A stretch of 64,000 nucleotides of DNA, from the IMG/VR virus record IMGVR_UViG_3300009537_000005; one strand, given 5' to 3'. Positions within the stretch are counted from its first letter, which is position 1. The number at the start of each line of letters is the position of its first letter. Shown here one piece after another: positions 23,014 to 33,839 of this stretch. The notes beneath the pieces are model-generated. The model did not search any database. It worked only from the letters and a program-made list of their open reading frames with translations, and was not told where the DNA came from. This DNA is from a virus. The position numbers and the translations under genes are program-made.

Positions 23014-23276
23014 GCGAAGATAGTCCAACCTAATAGAGCCATAACTAAAGCAGATAGGGATGCGACGAGTCTCTCTAGTATCCCTATTCTCTTTCCATTT
23101 TCGGACTCCCGTTTCGCCAGCGTCGATATCATATCGGTGTTCTTGATGATACCTGCCAGCAGGATACGGTTGCTCACTCTCTGTGGCAAATCTCCTGCCG
23201 TTTCTAGGTCTCTGAGTTCTTGAAGTATTCCGTCGTTAAATGACATGATGTGCCTCTCTATCTTACGCCTCCACAT
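23010..23276 (-). CDS. lysis-associated membrane protein (holin or spanin candidate)
   Basis: C-terminal TM helix; immediately downstream of the endolysin gene on the same strand, with overlap. Confidence 0.35.
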   Translation of the reverse strand: MWRRKIERHIMSFNDGILQELRDLETAGDLPQRVSNRILLAGIIKNTDMISTLAKRESENGKRIGILERLVASLSALVMALLGWTIFA

Positions 23277-24153
23277 AAGACACGTTTTTTGCCCACTTGA
23301 CTAACTTTGCGATCTCGGCCTGATTGGCCTTAACCTGCTTTTCTAAGTCTCCATTCGGAGGAGGGGTTGGTGCGATGTTCATGATTTCGTGAAACTTGGC
23401 TACTGTCCACATCCATCGGTCGAGATCAATTCTAGTGCTCATCATACCAACCAATTTACCGTCGGCATGACTGGTAGTTTGATGAATCATAACTTGACTG
23501 ATGTCCACCGTATCCGGCAGTGCCGTAGGCCAAGGGTGCTCATCAGGCTGGTTAGGCCATAACCACTGTGCAATCCACCATACGATTTCAGAAAACCAAT
23601 CCTGCGTTTCCATGAACCCATCGGTGAACCACTTCGCTGAATAAACCCCCACGTCTACCCCAAGTTCGGCTTTTGTTAAGTTGAGGGCACCAATCGTTTG
23701 ATCTGAGATGTGCTTCTTGGAGTAATTATTGTGTACTTCGACGTCCCACCAAATCCACTTCGGAAGTGGGCCGCCCAACTTATTGATAATGTCTCTGAGC
23801 CTACCAACTTGTGATGGTACGTCATGGTTGGGAATGAGAACGTGATAGACCATCCAAGGGAAGTTGTTATTCTCGCACTTCTGAGCGCTGGCTATGAACT
23901 GTGTATCGTCATAGCTAACATTCTTACCTTGACCAGTACGAATAATGGCCGCTTTGAATTTCGGTGGGCCATAGACCATGTGCTTACCAATGTCCACGTC
24001 GCCCTGAAAGTGACTCCAGTCCGACATAAGTATCCTTGGGTCAGTTGCGGACGGTGGAAAAGGACTTGCGACTGCGGTGGCTACTGCGGCGAGAGCCCTT
24101 CTCGGAGCACTTGTTGGCGTCTTACCTACGTTTGCTGTAATAACCTTTGTCAT
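23263..24153 (-). CDS. endolysin, GH25-type muramidase candidate
   Basis: DWSHFQG motif close to the GH25 signature DVSxxQG; Ala-rich signal/linker at the N-terminus. Confidence 0.55.
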   Translation of the reverse strand: MTKVITANVGKTPTSAPRRALAAVATAVASPFPPSATDPRILMSDWSHFQGDVDIGKHMVYGPPKFKAAIIRTGQGKNVSYDDTQFIASAQKCENNNFPWMVYHVLIPNHDVPSQVGRLRDIINKLGGPLPKWIWWDVEVHNNYSKKHISDQTIGALNLTKAELGVDVGVYSAKWFTDGFMETQDWFSEIVWWIAQWLWPNQPDEHPWPTALPDTVDISQVMIHQTTSHADGKLVGMMSTRIDLDRWMWTVAKFHEIMNIAPTPPPNGDLEKQVKANQAEIAKLVKWAKNVSYVEA

Positions 24154-24210
24154 TAGTATAACCTCGTTTGTTTGTTGTGATAACCCCTGTCATTAATATT
24201 CTAATTGTAT

Positions 24211-24891
24211 TTATCCCATAGTAACAAAGAAAAATCCTTCTGCGGGCCCAGCACCTGGAAGCAAAGCCACCCCAACACTTACGAAAGAGTGTTGTGCGGA
24301 CGAAACGTTCCATGTGATTTGGCCCGCAGAAGATGGCTGATCTCCAAAAACAACGTCTGAATTTACCATGTCTAAACCCGCTCTGGGAACCATAGAACTG
24401 TTACCACTTGTGGGTAACGGGTGTGCCTGAAGAACAGTGGCCCCTGCTATTACCCATCCGCCCAATACTCCACCCGAAACCGTTGTTCCTATTTTAGTAC
24501 TTACTGACTGCGTCCAGGCACTTGTAAGGTCACCCACTTGAGTAGTTCCTAAATATGAGGCTACGACAAGACCCACGTCTTCCACTGTCGAGCCGAGGGT
24601 TACCTCGACGGCTTGTGGTCCCTCAGGCGGATGGCGAAATGAAAATAAAGCAATGTTAGCAATGCTTTGAGATTTTTGGACAAGCAGGGAGGCGCTAGAG
24701 CCGGCGTAAGTTACCGTGGGACTCAACGACGTAGAACCTCTCCAACCAACCAAAATCGTCACTAAACTATTTGAACTGCCTGCCGTGTGATTCACACTTA
24801 TAGTAGATACATTTGCACCTTTAGCAGTAGATATAGAATTTAATCCTATTGTCACAATGACCTCGTGCCCCAAAGAGACAACGCCGCCCAC
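24211..24891 (-). CDS. tail fibre / distal tail protein candidate (G/S/T/V-rich)
   Basis: Low-complexity beta-rich composition typical of fibres. Confidence 0.4.
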   Translation of the reverse strand: MGGVVSLGHEVIVTIGLNSISTAKGANVSTISVNHTAGSSNSLVTILVGWRGSTSLSPTVTYAGSSASLLVQKSQSIANIALFSFRHPPEGPQAVEVTLGSTVEDVGLVVASYLGTTQVGDLTSAWTQSVSTKIGTTVSGGVLGGWVIAGATVLQAHPLPTSGNSSMVPRAGLDMVNSDVVFGDQPSSAGQITWNVSSAQHSFVSVGVALLPGAGPAEGFFFVTMG

Positions 24892-25946
24892 GTAAGTGAA
24901 GATGAACCGGCCGTCACCTCGAAAGTTAAATAATCCCCCTCAGTCCATGTAGTTGTGGCGCTCGAACCGGCCGCACCAGAGGTTCGTTGAGCACCCGACA
25001 AAGTAAAGTCAGCGGACGAAATAGAATTGTTAGATGATGTAGGCGTAGATGATAAGTCGTCTATATATATCCCAATGCCAATATCTCCCGCTATATTCGA
25101 CACCATTTCAAAGCCATCCCACCCCACGCTCCATGGAATGCGAAAAGTGCCCCTTACGCCCTCGACAATTGTCGAGTTACCGCCGCTGAAAAAGGCCGTA
25201 AGACTCCATGGGACTGTGCCGCCGCCACTTGGTGTTCTCCACGCCGCCACACCGCCGGTCGTTTCCAGAACTTGTCCAGAAGTACCAACAGTAGACCCGA
25301 TTGTACCGGGAATTGTTGTAGAATTTCTCCACGCTAACGCTGAACCAGTTGTCTGTAAAACTTGCCCGGACGAACCTGCTCCAAGTACGGTCATAAATCC
25401 AGAAGAATCGCCGGTCCACAATTCTCCCATGTCAAGTCCCACCCAATTGGGTTTACCTCCATCCATGAACAACATTGTGCCTGATGATCCTAGACTCCAC
25501 AGTGGTCTAACTTGAGTTGTATCAAAAAATAAAACACTCGGAGAACCGGGTTTTGCCAACTCGGTCACTTCTCCCGATGAATTGCCATAAAACAAAGTTC
25601 CAGATGACATACCTACCCAAGTAGCTACACCGCCGGTTGACTGTAGAATTTGTCCGGAACTGCCAACTGTAGACCCAATTGAGCCAGGCAGAGACAGAGA
25701 CGCAGGATTTACCCATTTGGTCTCTCCGGCCGTTGTCTGAAGAACTTGACCAGCTTTTCCAGCCTTAATCCACTCCTCGTTGAGCCTAAATCGGTTATTG
25801 GGACCGAGAATACCAGCCATCTGAGCGCGTAGTTGTTTTATTTCTCCTTGGAGAACGCTCAGAGTAGCAACAATGTCTTCGACTTCTGTACTTTGTGCTG
25901 TTGGAAATACCATGATTACAGTCCCAAGATAATAGACATTACGCAC
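24852..25946 (-). CDS. tail fibre protein candidate
   Basis: N-terminal coiled coil (LQGEIKQLRAQMAGILG) then Gly/Ser/Thr-rich repeats. Confidence 0.45.
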   Translation of the reverse strand: MRNVYYLGTVIMVFPTAQSTEVEDIVATLSVLQGEIKQLRAQMAGILGPNNRFRLNEEWIKAGKAGQVLQTTAGETKWVNPASLSLPGSIGSTVGSSGQILQSTGGVATWVGMSSGTLFYGNSSGEVTELAKPGSPSVLFFDTTQVRPLWSLGSSGTMLFMDGGKPNWVGLDMGELWTGDSSGFMTVLGAGSSGQVLQTTGSALAWRNSTTIPGTIGSTVGTSGQVLETTGGVAAWRTPSGGGTVPWSLTAFFSGGNSTIVEGVRGTFRIPWSVGWDGFEMVSNIAGDIGIGIYIDDLSSTPTSSNNSISSADFTLSGAQRTSGAAGSSATTTWTEGDYLTFEVTAGSSSLTWAALSLWGTRSL

Positions 25947-26262
25947 TGGCTCCCGGTTTTAGAACGTGAATAACGATACCAGTTTTGTACGTTACTCCAC
26001 CTGACGCCATGGCAGGTTCGACCACAATCGTTAAACCACCGTATCCAGATGGAATAGTAATAAGGGGCACAGTCTGAACGTTCGAAATAACAGACGTGCT
26101 ACCGCTCAATATATTTGACGTGTCGTCTGACCCATTAACAAAGGCGGCGCATCCCGCCGTTGAAATTGTACTGAATTGGCTCCACGTCAGAGCGAAGGCT
26201 CTGCTTTCGCCTTCCCGCATGATCTGGTCGCCTTCGAGGATAAATGGTGTTTCCTGACTCAT
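25939..26262 (-). CDS. hypothetical structural protein
   Basis: ORF track; overlaps neighbours by 8 nt. Confidence 0.35.
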   Translation of the reverse strand: MSQETPFILEGDQIMREGESRAFALTWSQFSTISTAGCAAFVNGSDDTSNILSGSTSVISNVQTVPLITIPSGYGGLTIVVEPAMASGGVTYKTGIVIHVLKPGASA

Positions 26263-26367
26263 TACGAAACTCCTAAGTGGTTAGAAACGAATTTGACCCA
26301 TTCTATTCTTAGATTTCCGAAGCGCCGTCCGGTAATATCTTCAATTTTGTGGGTTTCTTGTGACATA

Positions 26368-27198
26368 TTATTCCTCTATAATAAAATGAATTAACAGGTT
26401 ATGAGCAGTTGCTTGGCGATATTGGTCTGTAAACAGTTCGTATTGTGGATCAAGCGTAAAGCCCGCTGCTACGTACGTTACACTTACCGGCACTGTACTA
26501 GGAACCCCTCCTCCATATACCACCTGCTCCCATGCTATTTTCTGTTCGGATGATCCGTGCCACCCACTACGAATAATTGTGTTGTGACTCGATTGTCCTA
26601 TTTCACTAATTCCATCTGCGTCCCACTGATAAAAAGACGAATTCTCTTTTGTTGTGGGGTACGTAAAGGTAAGAGGAGGATAAGCAGACGATACGGCCGC
26701 CCAACCTGTGTATCCAAGTGTCATAGAAAGGCCGGCTCCTGAAGATATTGATACGCCGGGATTTGTTGATGTCCCCGTCGATGTAACAATCGTTGCTGTG
26801 CTAACAAAGGTGGTGCCATAAAAACAGGCGACATTAACATAAATTTGAGACATAGTAGACGGAAAGGTAACAGAAACTTCTCCTATGTCCGCACCCGCCA
26901 CCGTTGTAGGTTCTACACTATACAAATGAAGATTTAGATAATGAGACGAATCTTCTTGAACGGTTCCGCTGGACAAGAGCGTGGCGGCTACTCCATCCCA
27001 AGTTACTGACGACGGGGCCGAATCCGCCCCTCTAGAAAATACACCAATGATTGCAATGCCGCCGGTTGTAACGCCGGGTGCCATAGTAAACGTCGTTCCG
27101 GCTGTACCACTGCTTGCTGGTTCATTATACGTCGTATTCAAAACACGAATCATGGTATTGCCAGAATTAATACCGACAGTTGATCTTGGTCCTGCCAT
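26368..27198 (-). CDS. tail fibre-like protein (S/T/G-rich)
   Basis: Composition; position in the tail module. Confidence 0.4.
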   Translation of the reverse strand: MAGPRSTVGINSGNTMIRVLNTTYNEPASSGTAGTTFTMAPGVTTGGIAIIGVFSRGADSAPSSVTWDGVAATLLSSGTVQEDSSHYLNLHLYSVEPTTVAGADIGEVSVTFPSTMSQIYVNVACFYGTTFVSTATIVTSTGTSTNPGVSISSGAGLSMTLGYTGWAAVSSAYPPLTFTYPTTKENSSFYQWDADGISEIGQSSHNTIIRSGWHGSSEQKIAWEQVVYGGGVPSTVPVSVTYVAAGFTLDPQYELFTDQYRQATAHNLLIHFIIEE

Positions 27199-27776
27199 TA
27201 TCCAAACAACTCCCGCACAATCCGTCGTGCGTCGTCTAGGTCTTCTGGGTGGTCAAACTCCAGACGAATGATTTCTTGAAGCCCACGATGCCGCAGAATT
27301 TCATTTAGAATTTGATCTCGTTCTCGGTCTGATTCCATTCTAGAAGAATGGCCGTGAATGAACCCCGCACCAGTCTCAACCGGAAATGGAATTCCCCCGT
27401 CGTACACAATAAAGTCGATGGTTCTTTCTTCGCCGGGCAGTTCGTATGCACTATGGACTTCGTATTGAAACACAAAATCTAGTCTGGCTTCGTTTAGTGC
27501 TATAGCAAATCGCTCTTCGAGCTTAGATGCCTCTTCGCCCCGCACGTAGCCCGTTAGAATTTCCGCTGCCTCCGCTACTGGCGTCACGAAATCGGGGTCT
27601 AGTCGTGCTTTACGGCTGGTCTTAAACTCGTATGGCCGGACGATCCCCGGAACTCGAACATCGGACTTCGATCTACGTCGCGTCTTTAAATTCGGGTCTC
27701 TGAAGATAGCCTTTGATCCCAATTTACCAATGGACATTATAATTCCCTGATGGCAAGTCTTAGAACACCGCCCCAT
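27198..27776 (-). CDS. hypothetical virion protein
   Basis: ORF track; ATGA-type overlap. Confidence 0.4.
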   Translation of the reverse strand: MGRCSKTCHQGIIMSIGKLGSKAIFRDPNLKTRRRSKSDVRVPGIVRPYEFKTSRKARLDPDFVTPVAEAAEILTGYVRGEEASKLEERFAIALNEARLDFVFQYEVHSAYELPGEERTIDFIVYDGGIPFPVETGAGFIHGHSSRMESDRERDQILNEILRHRGLQEIIRLEFDHPEDLDDARRIVRELFG

Positions 27777-30505
27777 TCCCCTTCAGGAGTTGTAAAGGTA
27801 CGATTAAGAATTGGATGTTCAGAAAATACATAGATATTGTCCATCGCTGACCACACAGACCGCATTAAAATAGGTTGGTTGCTCTCCGCCGCCTCTCGCA
27901 ACCAAGCATAAAACTTATCCGGATCAGAATCTCTAAGTCCCTGGCTATCTACTTGGAAGTCTCCAGCCTTGGCTTCGATATTCCACAGTCTTTTAACGGG
28001 CGTTCGGCCTACCGCCTTTAGTGTAGCGGCAAGTAGTTCTGATGGAACCGTGCTATTTTGCGTCACAGCCCGGAATCGGAATCGAATAGCGTGCTTGTCG
28101 CCCCGTCGAATAAACAATTCGTCCTGTGGCGACCGATAGAACTGACCCATGGGTGTCCACCGAGTTGATCGAATGTTGTCATCCAGCTGATACTCTACAT
28201 AGATACGAGAGATGCTTGACGCTAGGCTTTGGGTATGAGCATCCAGTCCGTAAAAGAGCTTCTTCAATTGTGTAGCGCCCATATCCACCGTGGCGGTTTC
28301 AAGCACACTTTCGTGTTGGTAGTGAATGTCCTTGTCGTTCCGAGGATTCAGCGTATCCTTCGGGAACGGCATAGAAATCAATTCGCCACCCTCACTGAAC
28401 CACATTCTAGGCCGAGCACCGGCGTTATTCTGGAAGTGCACTTCTTGCATCCTGTAACCAGTACTGTATGCTCGGTGAATTTCATGCCAGCCCTTCGTTC
28501 CGTCCCACGCCATTATGGCGCTCCGGCCAGTTGTGCCAGCATCAATAGAGTGGAAGCTCCACGCTATCACGGGCACAGACGCAGAGATTGGTCCTTGGTG
28601 GCCTGGCTTCAGACCGGCACCACGCCACGGCCCGATGTCGTCTAGTGTTCCTTGGTACAGTCGTTCCAAAGAGTGGCTCCACGATAGGTGAAGCAGTAGA
28701 TTTTGCGTGAAGAGACTCCGACCGTTATTACTACTTGGGAAGGCATCAAGACCGATGTTTACTTTCTCTGCTCTTTGGTCCTTAACTACCCACAAGCTAT
28801 CTTCTTTGGCGGCGTACAAAAATCCACCATAGTCTGTTAGGTTTGTGAACGGATAGTCGGACGATCCAACGGCACTCACAAGACTGCTGGCCGTGCTAAA
28901 TGCAATAGACGATCCCTTGGTTGTGGGAGATTTGCCATAATAAATATCTGCGTCACTGCTTATGGCACCATAAATTCTATTTTCACTTGAAACTTGGAAG
29001 TTGTGAAAATAGTCTGGTTTTATGGCAGTAGTGTTCTTTAGGTTCTCGTGGACGCTTGAGTTCCAGTAGAAAGTCCCAATGAAAGTAGAATTTCCGAACG
29101 CAAAGTAGGCAACGTCACCAGCCACCATTACGTCTTTGACAGCGGCGTCTCCAACAGCAGAACTGGCCACCACTGACTCCCAGTGGTTTGTGTCGTGAAT
29201 AACCATTTCGCTATCGGCAGAAGATGGCGCTTGATCCAAAGACACACTTAGTTTTGCTCCGCCGTCCGCTCCGGATGATGCCGCCACTGCTGTGATTGGA
29301 GCCTCAAGTCCGGAACCGGTTCCTTTAATAATTGCCAATGTAGCGCCCACAAGATATGACGCTTCGCTTGAAATGGTGTTGCAATGAAAAGCATCTGTTG
29401 TACCAGCAACCGCTGACGAGTGTTTTCCACGAACACCGTTGATTAGAAGTAAACTCGAACTACCATCTGCGTCCATGGACACAGCGTATGTAGCTCGTTC
29501 CATTTCAAATAACTTCCAACGACGACCACGTTTGGCAATCTTTGCGGGCGCTGTTCTAAAGTAGAAGTTGACCGTTGATGCGACCCGAGTTGATCCATTA
29601 CCCCTCGTAGCAGAACTGTTGCTTGCCGCAGATGTATTATATCCGATTTCCCAGTGATTTGCCACCGTGCCGGCTTGGGTTGTCCATAGATACACCCAAA
29701 TCGCCTTTGTGGTAGAGCCATCTTGTGCTACCGCCGAAGTAAGCGTTGCATTCCACACTACACTTTCGAGTGCTTCTATTCCAGTTGATCCTAATGTCGT
29801 AAGATTAGATGACGCAGAAGATATTCCCGTCGTTGATGCGTCCGTTGTGGCTAGTACTCTCAGTGGAGCAGGGGGCACTCCAAATCGACGAATCCATGTT
29901 TGAACTCGTTTGATGTCATAAGCACCGCTACTTTGTGTAAAACTACGGCCGTAAATGACGTCTCCAGATGATGCGACAGTTGACGCAGTAAAGGACTGCC
30001 AACTCATAGATCGACCAACGTCGAATCTATTTGCGCCCGGCATTAGTACATCGCCGGTCAGTGTAGACATCTCGCCCCAACTCCATTGTGGGGCTTGGTG
30101 CCATACACCCGGTGTTAAGGTCCAACCATATCCATCGTAATACTGGGTCGGGTCGTTAGAAAAGAACTCACTGCCGCGACCACCCGACCAATCCCGCATC
30201 TCGATGTGGGCAAATGACGGATCAAAGTCACCGAACCTCTTGCCACCACCGCCGCCTTTCTCAATGTTGGACGGAGTAAGGGCACTCTCAACGATAGATC
30301 GAGCGCCTCTTTTTAGTTTTACGCCCCAGATGCGACCACCACCCTGTAAGGATATATGGTGAGTGGCCCCAGGCGACTCGGGCCTCACATATACACTCAT
30401 TAAGATGTTACTCCTGTAGATGGCGCTGGGATTCGAGTACCTATCAGTGAACCATAGCCGGGGATCATTAATTTGGGCTTTCGTTTCGGTTGTGGTATAG
30501 GCCAC
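27737..30505 (-). CDS. large tail protein (922 aa; host-specificity/baseplate candidate)
   Basis: Size and position; S/T/G/A-rich repetitive regions. Confidence 0.45.
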   Translation of the reverse strand: MAYTTTETKAQINDPRLWFTDRYSNPSAIYRSNILMSVYVRPESPGATHHISLQGGGRIWGVKLKRGARSIVESALTPSNIEKGGGGGKRFGDFDPSFAHIEMRDWSGGRGSEFFSNDPTQYYDGYGWTLTPGVWHQAPQWSWGEMSTLTGDVLMPGANRFDVGRSMSWQSFTASTVASSGDVIYGRSFTQSSGAYDIKRVQTWIRRFGVPPAPLRVLATTDASTTGISSASSNLTTLGSTGIEALESVVWNATLTSAVAQDGSTTKAIWVYLWTTQAGTVANHWEIGYNTSAASNSSATRGNGSTRVASTVNFYFRTAPAKIAKRGRRWKLFEMERATYAVSMDADGSSSLLLINGVRGKHSSAVAGTTDAFHCNTISSEASYLVGATLAIIKGTGSGLEAPITAVAASSGADGGAKLSVSLDQAPSSADSEMVIHDTNHWESVVASSAVGDAAVKDVMVAGDVAYFAFGNSTFIGTFYWNSSVHENLKNTTAIKPDYFHNFQVSSENRIYGAISSDADIYYGKSPTTKGSSIAFSTASSLVSAVGSSDYPFTNLTDYGGFLYAAKEDSLWVVKDQRAEKVNIGLDAFPSSNNGRSLFTQNLLLHLSWSHSLERLYQGTLDDIGPWRGAGLKPGHQGPISASVPVIAWSFHSIDAGTTGRSAIMAWDGTKGWHEIHRAYSTGYRMQEVHFQNNAGARPRMWFSEGGELISMPFPKDTLNPRNDKDIHYQHESVLETATVDMGATQLKKLFYGLDAHTQSLASSISRIYVEYQLDDNIRSTRWTPMGQFYRSPQDELFIRRGDKHAIRFRFRAVTQNSTVPSELLAATLKAVGRTPVKRLWNIEAKAGDFQVDSQGLRDSDPDKFYAWLREAAESNQPILMRSVWSAMDNIYVFSEHPILNRTFTTPEGEWGGVLRLAIREL

Positions 30506-31302
30506 CTTACTCGCGCTTCTGCTACCTGTTGTTTAGCATCATTCCACCGTTGAATATCAAACTCTTCGGCTCCACGAGCCCGTGAGTTTCTATATTCATA
30601 CATTTTCTCAACAAGTAATAGCGTCGCCAGTTCTGGGTGGACTGCTTCGTCAATAAGCGCTGTTGACACATCTACCCGTTGATGATGATCTTGGAACCAA
30701 ACCTGAATATCTCGACCGCTAGGAAGATAGTCCCCCAAAACTAGCTGGTTCTGTGCCCCGGCTGTGGATGGTATAATGTCATATTGGCCTTCATACAAAT
30801 CAATCCAGTTTGGATCGGTAGCAGAAGAACCAGTCTGTCCTTCAAATCGAACCCTGAACGGCCGTCCGTACTTGGCCGCCAAAGGTAGGTTATAGACCAG
30901 CTGGCTGGCCGACGACTGCATGCTTCTATCTGTGCGTACAATGGGCCCAGCGGCTCGTAGGGCATCATTGGCTAGTTCGACCATAACTTCAAAGCCGAAC
31001 TCTGGCGTTGTGTATCCAAAGGAAATAGCAGATAGAGTTGTAGAAAGCTGGGCCGTAGATACCGATACAGTTGACCACGACCACTGTCCGGAAGAAGCGT
31101 CATAGTCTGTGATGCGCGCAAAGTAGCTCAATGTCGAGAAGAACAAAGTACCGTTGTTGTACACATCATCGGCCGTAGCCGACGACTTAAGTTGTGAATT
31201 AATTATTCCAGCCGACGAGTCTATATTACTCGATGTCTCGAATTGTATAGTCCCCACTTTCAGGTGGGCTGACTTCATCATATCAAAAAGTGCAAAGGTC
31301 AT
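30400..31302 (-). CDS. tail/baseplate protein candidate
   Basis: ORF track; position. Confidence 0.4.
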   Translation of the reverse strand: MTFALFDMMKSAHLKVGTIQFETSSNIDSSAGIINSQLKSSATADDVYNNGTLFFSTLSYFARITDYDASSGQWSWSTVSVSTAQLSTTLSAISFGYTTPEFGFEVMVELANDALRAAGPIVRTDRSMQSSASQLVYNLPLAAKYGRPFRVRFEGQTGSSATDPNWIDLYEGQYDIIPSTAGAQNQLVLGDYLPSGRDIQVWFQDHHQRVDVSTALIDEAVHPELATLLLVEKMYEYRNSRARGAEEFDIQRWNDAKQQVAEARVRWPIPQPKRKPKLMIPGYGSLIGTRIPAPSTGVTS

Positions 31303-31374
31303 TAAAGTTCCTCACAGACACATGATCGCCAATGGCTTCTTTGTCTTGTGTTAGAAGCCCCGTTTGTATAACAT

Positions 31375-32193
31375 TTATTTGTCTGTAAATTCCGAATCTG
31401 GTAAATTCCCGAATTCAGAGCTAAAATGGACGTCATTATCTTCCTCCGTTTCTTCTACAGACGTAAGACTCTCCACTACAACTGGTTCAATATGGGAAAC
31501 ATCCGATTCTGTGTCTGAAATTTCTTCTTTTACTTCTATTGTCGGAAGATCGGGCTGTTGTAGACCGTGTTCAAGGACTGACCTTTCATGTACCGGACCG
31601 CTCTGTAGTGGTTGTTTAACCACCGGTAGATCATCAAGTTTGATGTCGTCTGGGATTGGATTGAACGTCGGCTTTTCTACGTCGTGTGGTTTCACCGGTC
31701 CAAGAGGAACTGGTTCTACCTCTATTCTAGCGCCCATGTCTTCTCTCAAAGCATTAAACACTTTTACACACCGAACTAGAAATTCGCGAGACAAATTTGT
31801 TCCGCTGGCACCTTCTCTTGGGTCTAGGTCTTCTGCCCAGTCCACCAGTTCTCGAATCATTCTGTCTCGAACTCGAAATAGGGCACTTGAACGGGCCTTA
31901 AATTCTCCTTCCGAAATTTCACTAGATACTGTCTTTAAATATAGAGCAGTTCTTTGTTCCTCAATGAACTGTCGCACGGCTTGGTTCTGCTTTGTTCTCA
32001 GACCGGCGTTTACTTTGAAGTGAGTTTCCGCTTTCCCGCCTGTAAATGCTTCTGCCGCTTCCTTAAACGACTTATTTGGTGTTAGGGGCTTACCCGCTGG
32101 ATTACCCTTAGTGGGCATGTGTCCGAACTGTCCGCCGATGAACTTTGGTCTCTTTTGAGTCATTCTATTCTCCCAGCTTTCGGGCGGGCGCAA
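31375..32193 (-). CDS. hypothetical structural protein (basic N-terminus, acidic C-terminus)
   Basis: ORF track. Confidence 0.4.
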   Translation of the reverse strand: MRPPESWENRMTQKRPKFIGGQFGHMPTKGNPAGKPLTPNKSFKEAAEAFTGGKAETHFKVNAGLRTKQNQAVRQFIEEQRTALYLKTVSSEISEGEFKARSSALFRVRDRMIRELVDWAEDLDPREGASGTNLSREFLVRCVKVFNALREDMGARIEVEPVPLGPVKPHDVEKPTFNPIPDDIKLDDLPVVKQPLQSGPVHERSVLEHGLQQPDLPTIEVKEEISDTESDVSHIEPVVVESLTSVEETEEDNDVHFSSEFGNLPDSEFTDK

Positions 32194-32373
32194 AGCGATC
32201 CTTCTGATCTTGCTTCAATGCCCGCAGAAGCCTTAAGTATGGTGATTCCGGTTTGGGAGGAGGAGGGGAATCGGGATGAATCCCCATCAGAAACCTTTGA
32301 CTGTGCGGCAGTAGTTCCTCCCACGATTTACGCCGCATTTCTTCTTCGAGGTCTACAAAACTTAGTTGTTCCA

Positions 32374-32619
32374 CTATTTTCTGTTTTTCTTGCCGAAGAT
32401 CAATTCATGAACTAGATCATTGAACGACGGTCTTAGGACACTCACCAAATCCTGCGGTGGCTGTACGGTATCTATCTGCCCATCTGCTCGTTTCTGCAAT
32501 GGAAGATTCTTTCCGGCGACTCCGCCCATAACTGAACCCGCCATTGGTCTCGCAGTTAGAACTTTAGCCTTCTTCTCGCTCTTCGGTTTGATTTTTACTT
32601 TTGCTTGTCTACGCGCCAT
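32374..32619 (-). CDS. hypothetical small basic protein
   Basis: ORF track. Confidence 0.3.
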   Translation of the reverse strand: MARRQAKVKIKPKSEKKAKVLTARPMAGSVMGGVAGKNLPLQKRADGQIDTVQPPQDLVSVLRPSFNDLVHELIFGKKNRK

Positions 32620-32993
32620 TATGAAATCCTCTTACCATCTTCGTCAAACTCAGGCCAGCCCCTTGTTGGTGGTCCAAAGTGATACCGATGGATTCTGTTG
32701 TCATTATATCGGCTCCGCACAACTCTGTATACTTGATCCGGGTGAGTCGCGTATTCCCGCAGTTCGGCTTCAATCTCGTCGGCTTGGCCGTCATTAGGAA
32801 GAACAGCCATGCTGTCTTCGAACTGTATGTCCCCTGCTTCTGTCTTGATACGAGCGTCACCGATTCCCTGTACGTTTAACAACGAATGTTGTTTATTTCG
32901 AAAGTGACGATTGGTTTTGTCTTTTAAAGACTGATTGACTGGTTTCTCTGTCGCTAGAATTTTGGTGACTTCATCATAAATTTTACCGCTCAT
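32619..32993 (-). CDS. hypothetical protein
   Basis: ORF track. Confidence 0.4.
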   Translation of the reverse strand: MSGKIYDEVTKILATEKPVNQSLKDKTNRHFRNKQHSLLNVQGIGDARIKTEAGDIQFEDSMAVLPNDGQADEIEAELREYATHPDQVYRVVRSRYNDNRIHRYHFGPPTRGWPEFDEDGKRIS

Positions 32994-33002
32994 CTTCTCT
33001 CC

Positions 33003-33839
33003 TTAATGTTCTTGTAATAGGGTTACGGCCCCATGAGACCACCCGGCAGTTATAATTTTACCGCCTCCACCGATGTAATAGGCCCGAAATCCTACTTCCT
33101 GTCCTGCGCTTAAATCTGCTATCGTAAGGACACTATGTGTATTTCCAAAAGCCGATCCGCCGGTAGCGGCTATTTTATATTTTAGCGCAAGCCATTTGTT
33201 ATTTGTATAATCCCTTATTCCCATAGACATATTAGAAATCGGGATTTGGATGTAAAGGTGTCCGGTTATCAAATAGAGCCCAGCCGTGCCTATTGTTACT
33301 ACGGAACTTCCGGTGCTAAACATATTTCCGTAGTCATAGTGTTCGCTATCGAAGTTTACGGCAAGGTCTGCGCCTGTCGAAAAACTCTGATTTGATGAGT
33401 GTTTGCAAGACACTGCATCTTTAGTTAGGTCATAATCAGCTAATGATGCGGCGAACCAAGTTTCGAATTCACCAGAACCAATAGCCAGAGTCGACGCAGC
33501 TAACACCTCCAGTTCAACCGTGTCCCCGGCACTAGCGTAATAAAATCCAAGTACAGCATTTTTACCTGTTCCGCTATTTGGATTCATCGTACCGCCAGCA
33601 ATCTCTACTGTACTGTTCACTAAGAGACGCATATGATATGTATAATTAACACCAGCAAGGTTTTGCATCTGTGCCGCGATTGCATATAGTCCGTCTTGTG
33701 GAAGACTTAAACGATTGTTAGCATTGTCCGCAACAGAACTGTAGTCCCAATCATCTGTATCGAAAGCAATGGTCTGCCACGATCCAGTTGTTCCTACGTT
33801 TTGAGTGCTGGCCGCGTAAATTCTACCGCCTACAGACAT
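33003..33839 (-). CDS. tail tube/sheath-module protein candidate
   Basis: ORF track; beta-rich. Confidence 0.4.
   Translation of the reverse strand: MSVGGRIYAASTQNVGTTGSWQTIAFDTDDWDYSSVADNANNRLSLPQDGLYAIAAQMQNLAGVNYTYHMRLLVNSTVEIAGGTMNPNSGTGKNAVLGFYYASAGDTVELEVLAASTLAIGSGEFETWFAASLADYDLTKDAVSCKHSSNQSFSTGADLAVNFDSEHYDYGNMFSTGSSVVTIGTAGLYLITGHLYIQIPISNMSMGIRDYTNNKWLALKYKIAATGGSAFGNTHSVLTIADLSAGQEVGFRAYYIGGGGKIITAGWSHGAVTLLQEH

Noticed and set aside
23010-24153. Integrase/attachment site associated with the tRNA genes (prophage boundary)
   Set aside because: No tyrosine/serine recombinase-like ORF and no direct repeat of a tRNA 3' end were seen anywhere in the window. The tRNAs are phage cargo, not integration targets.
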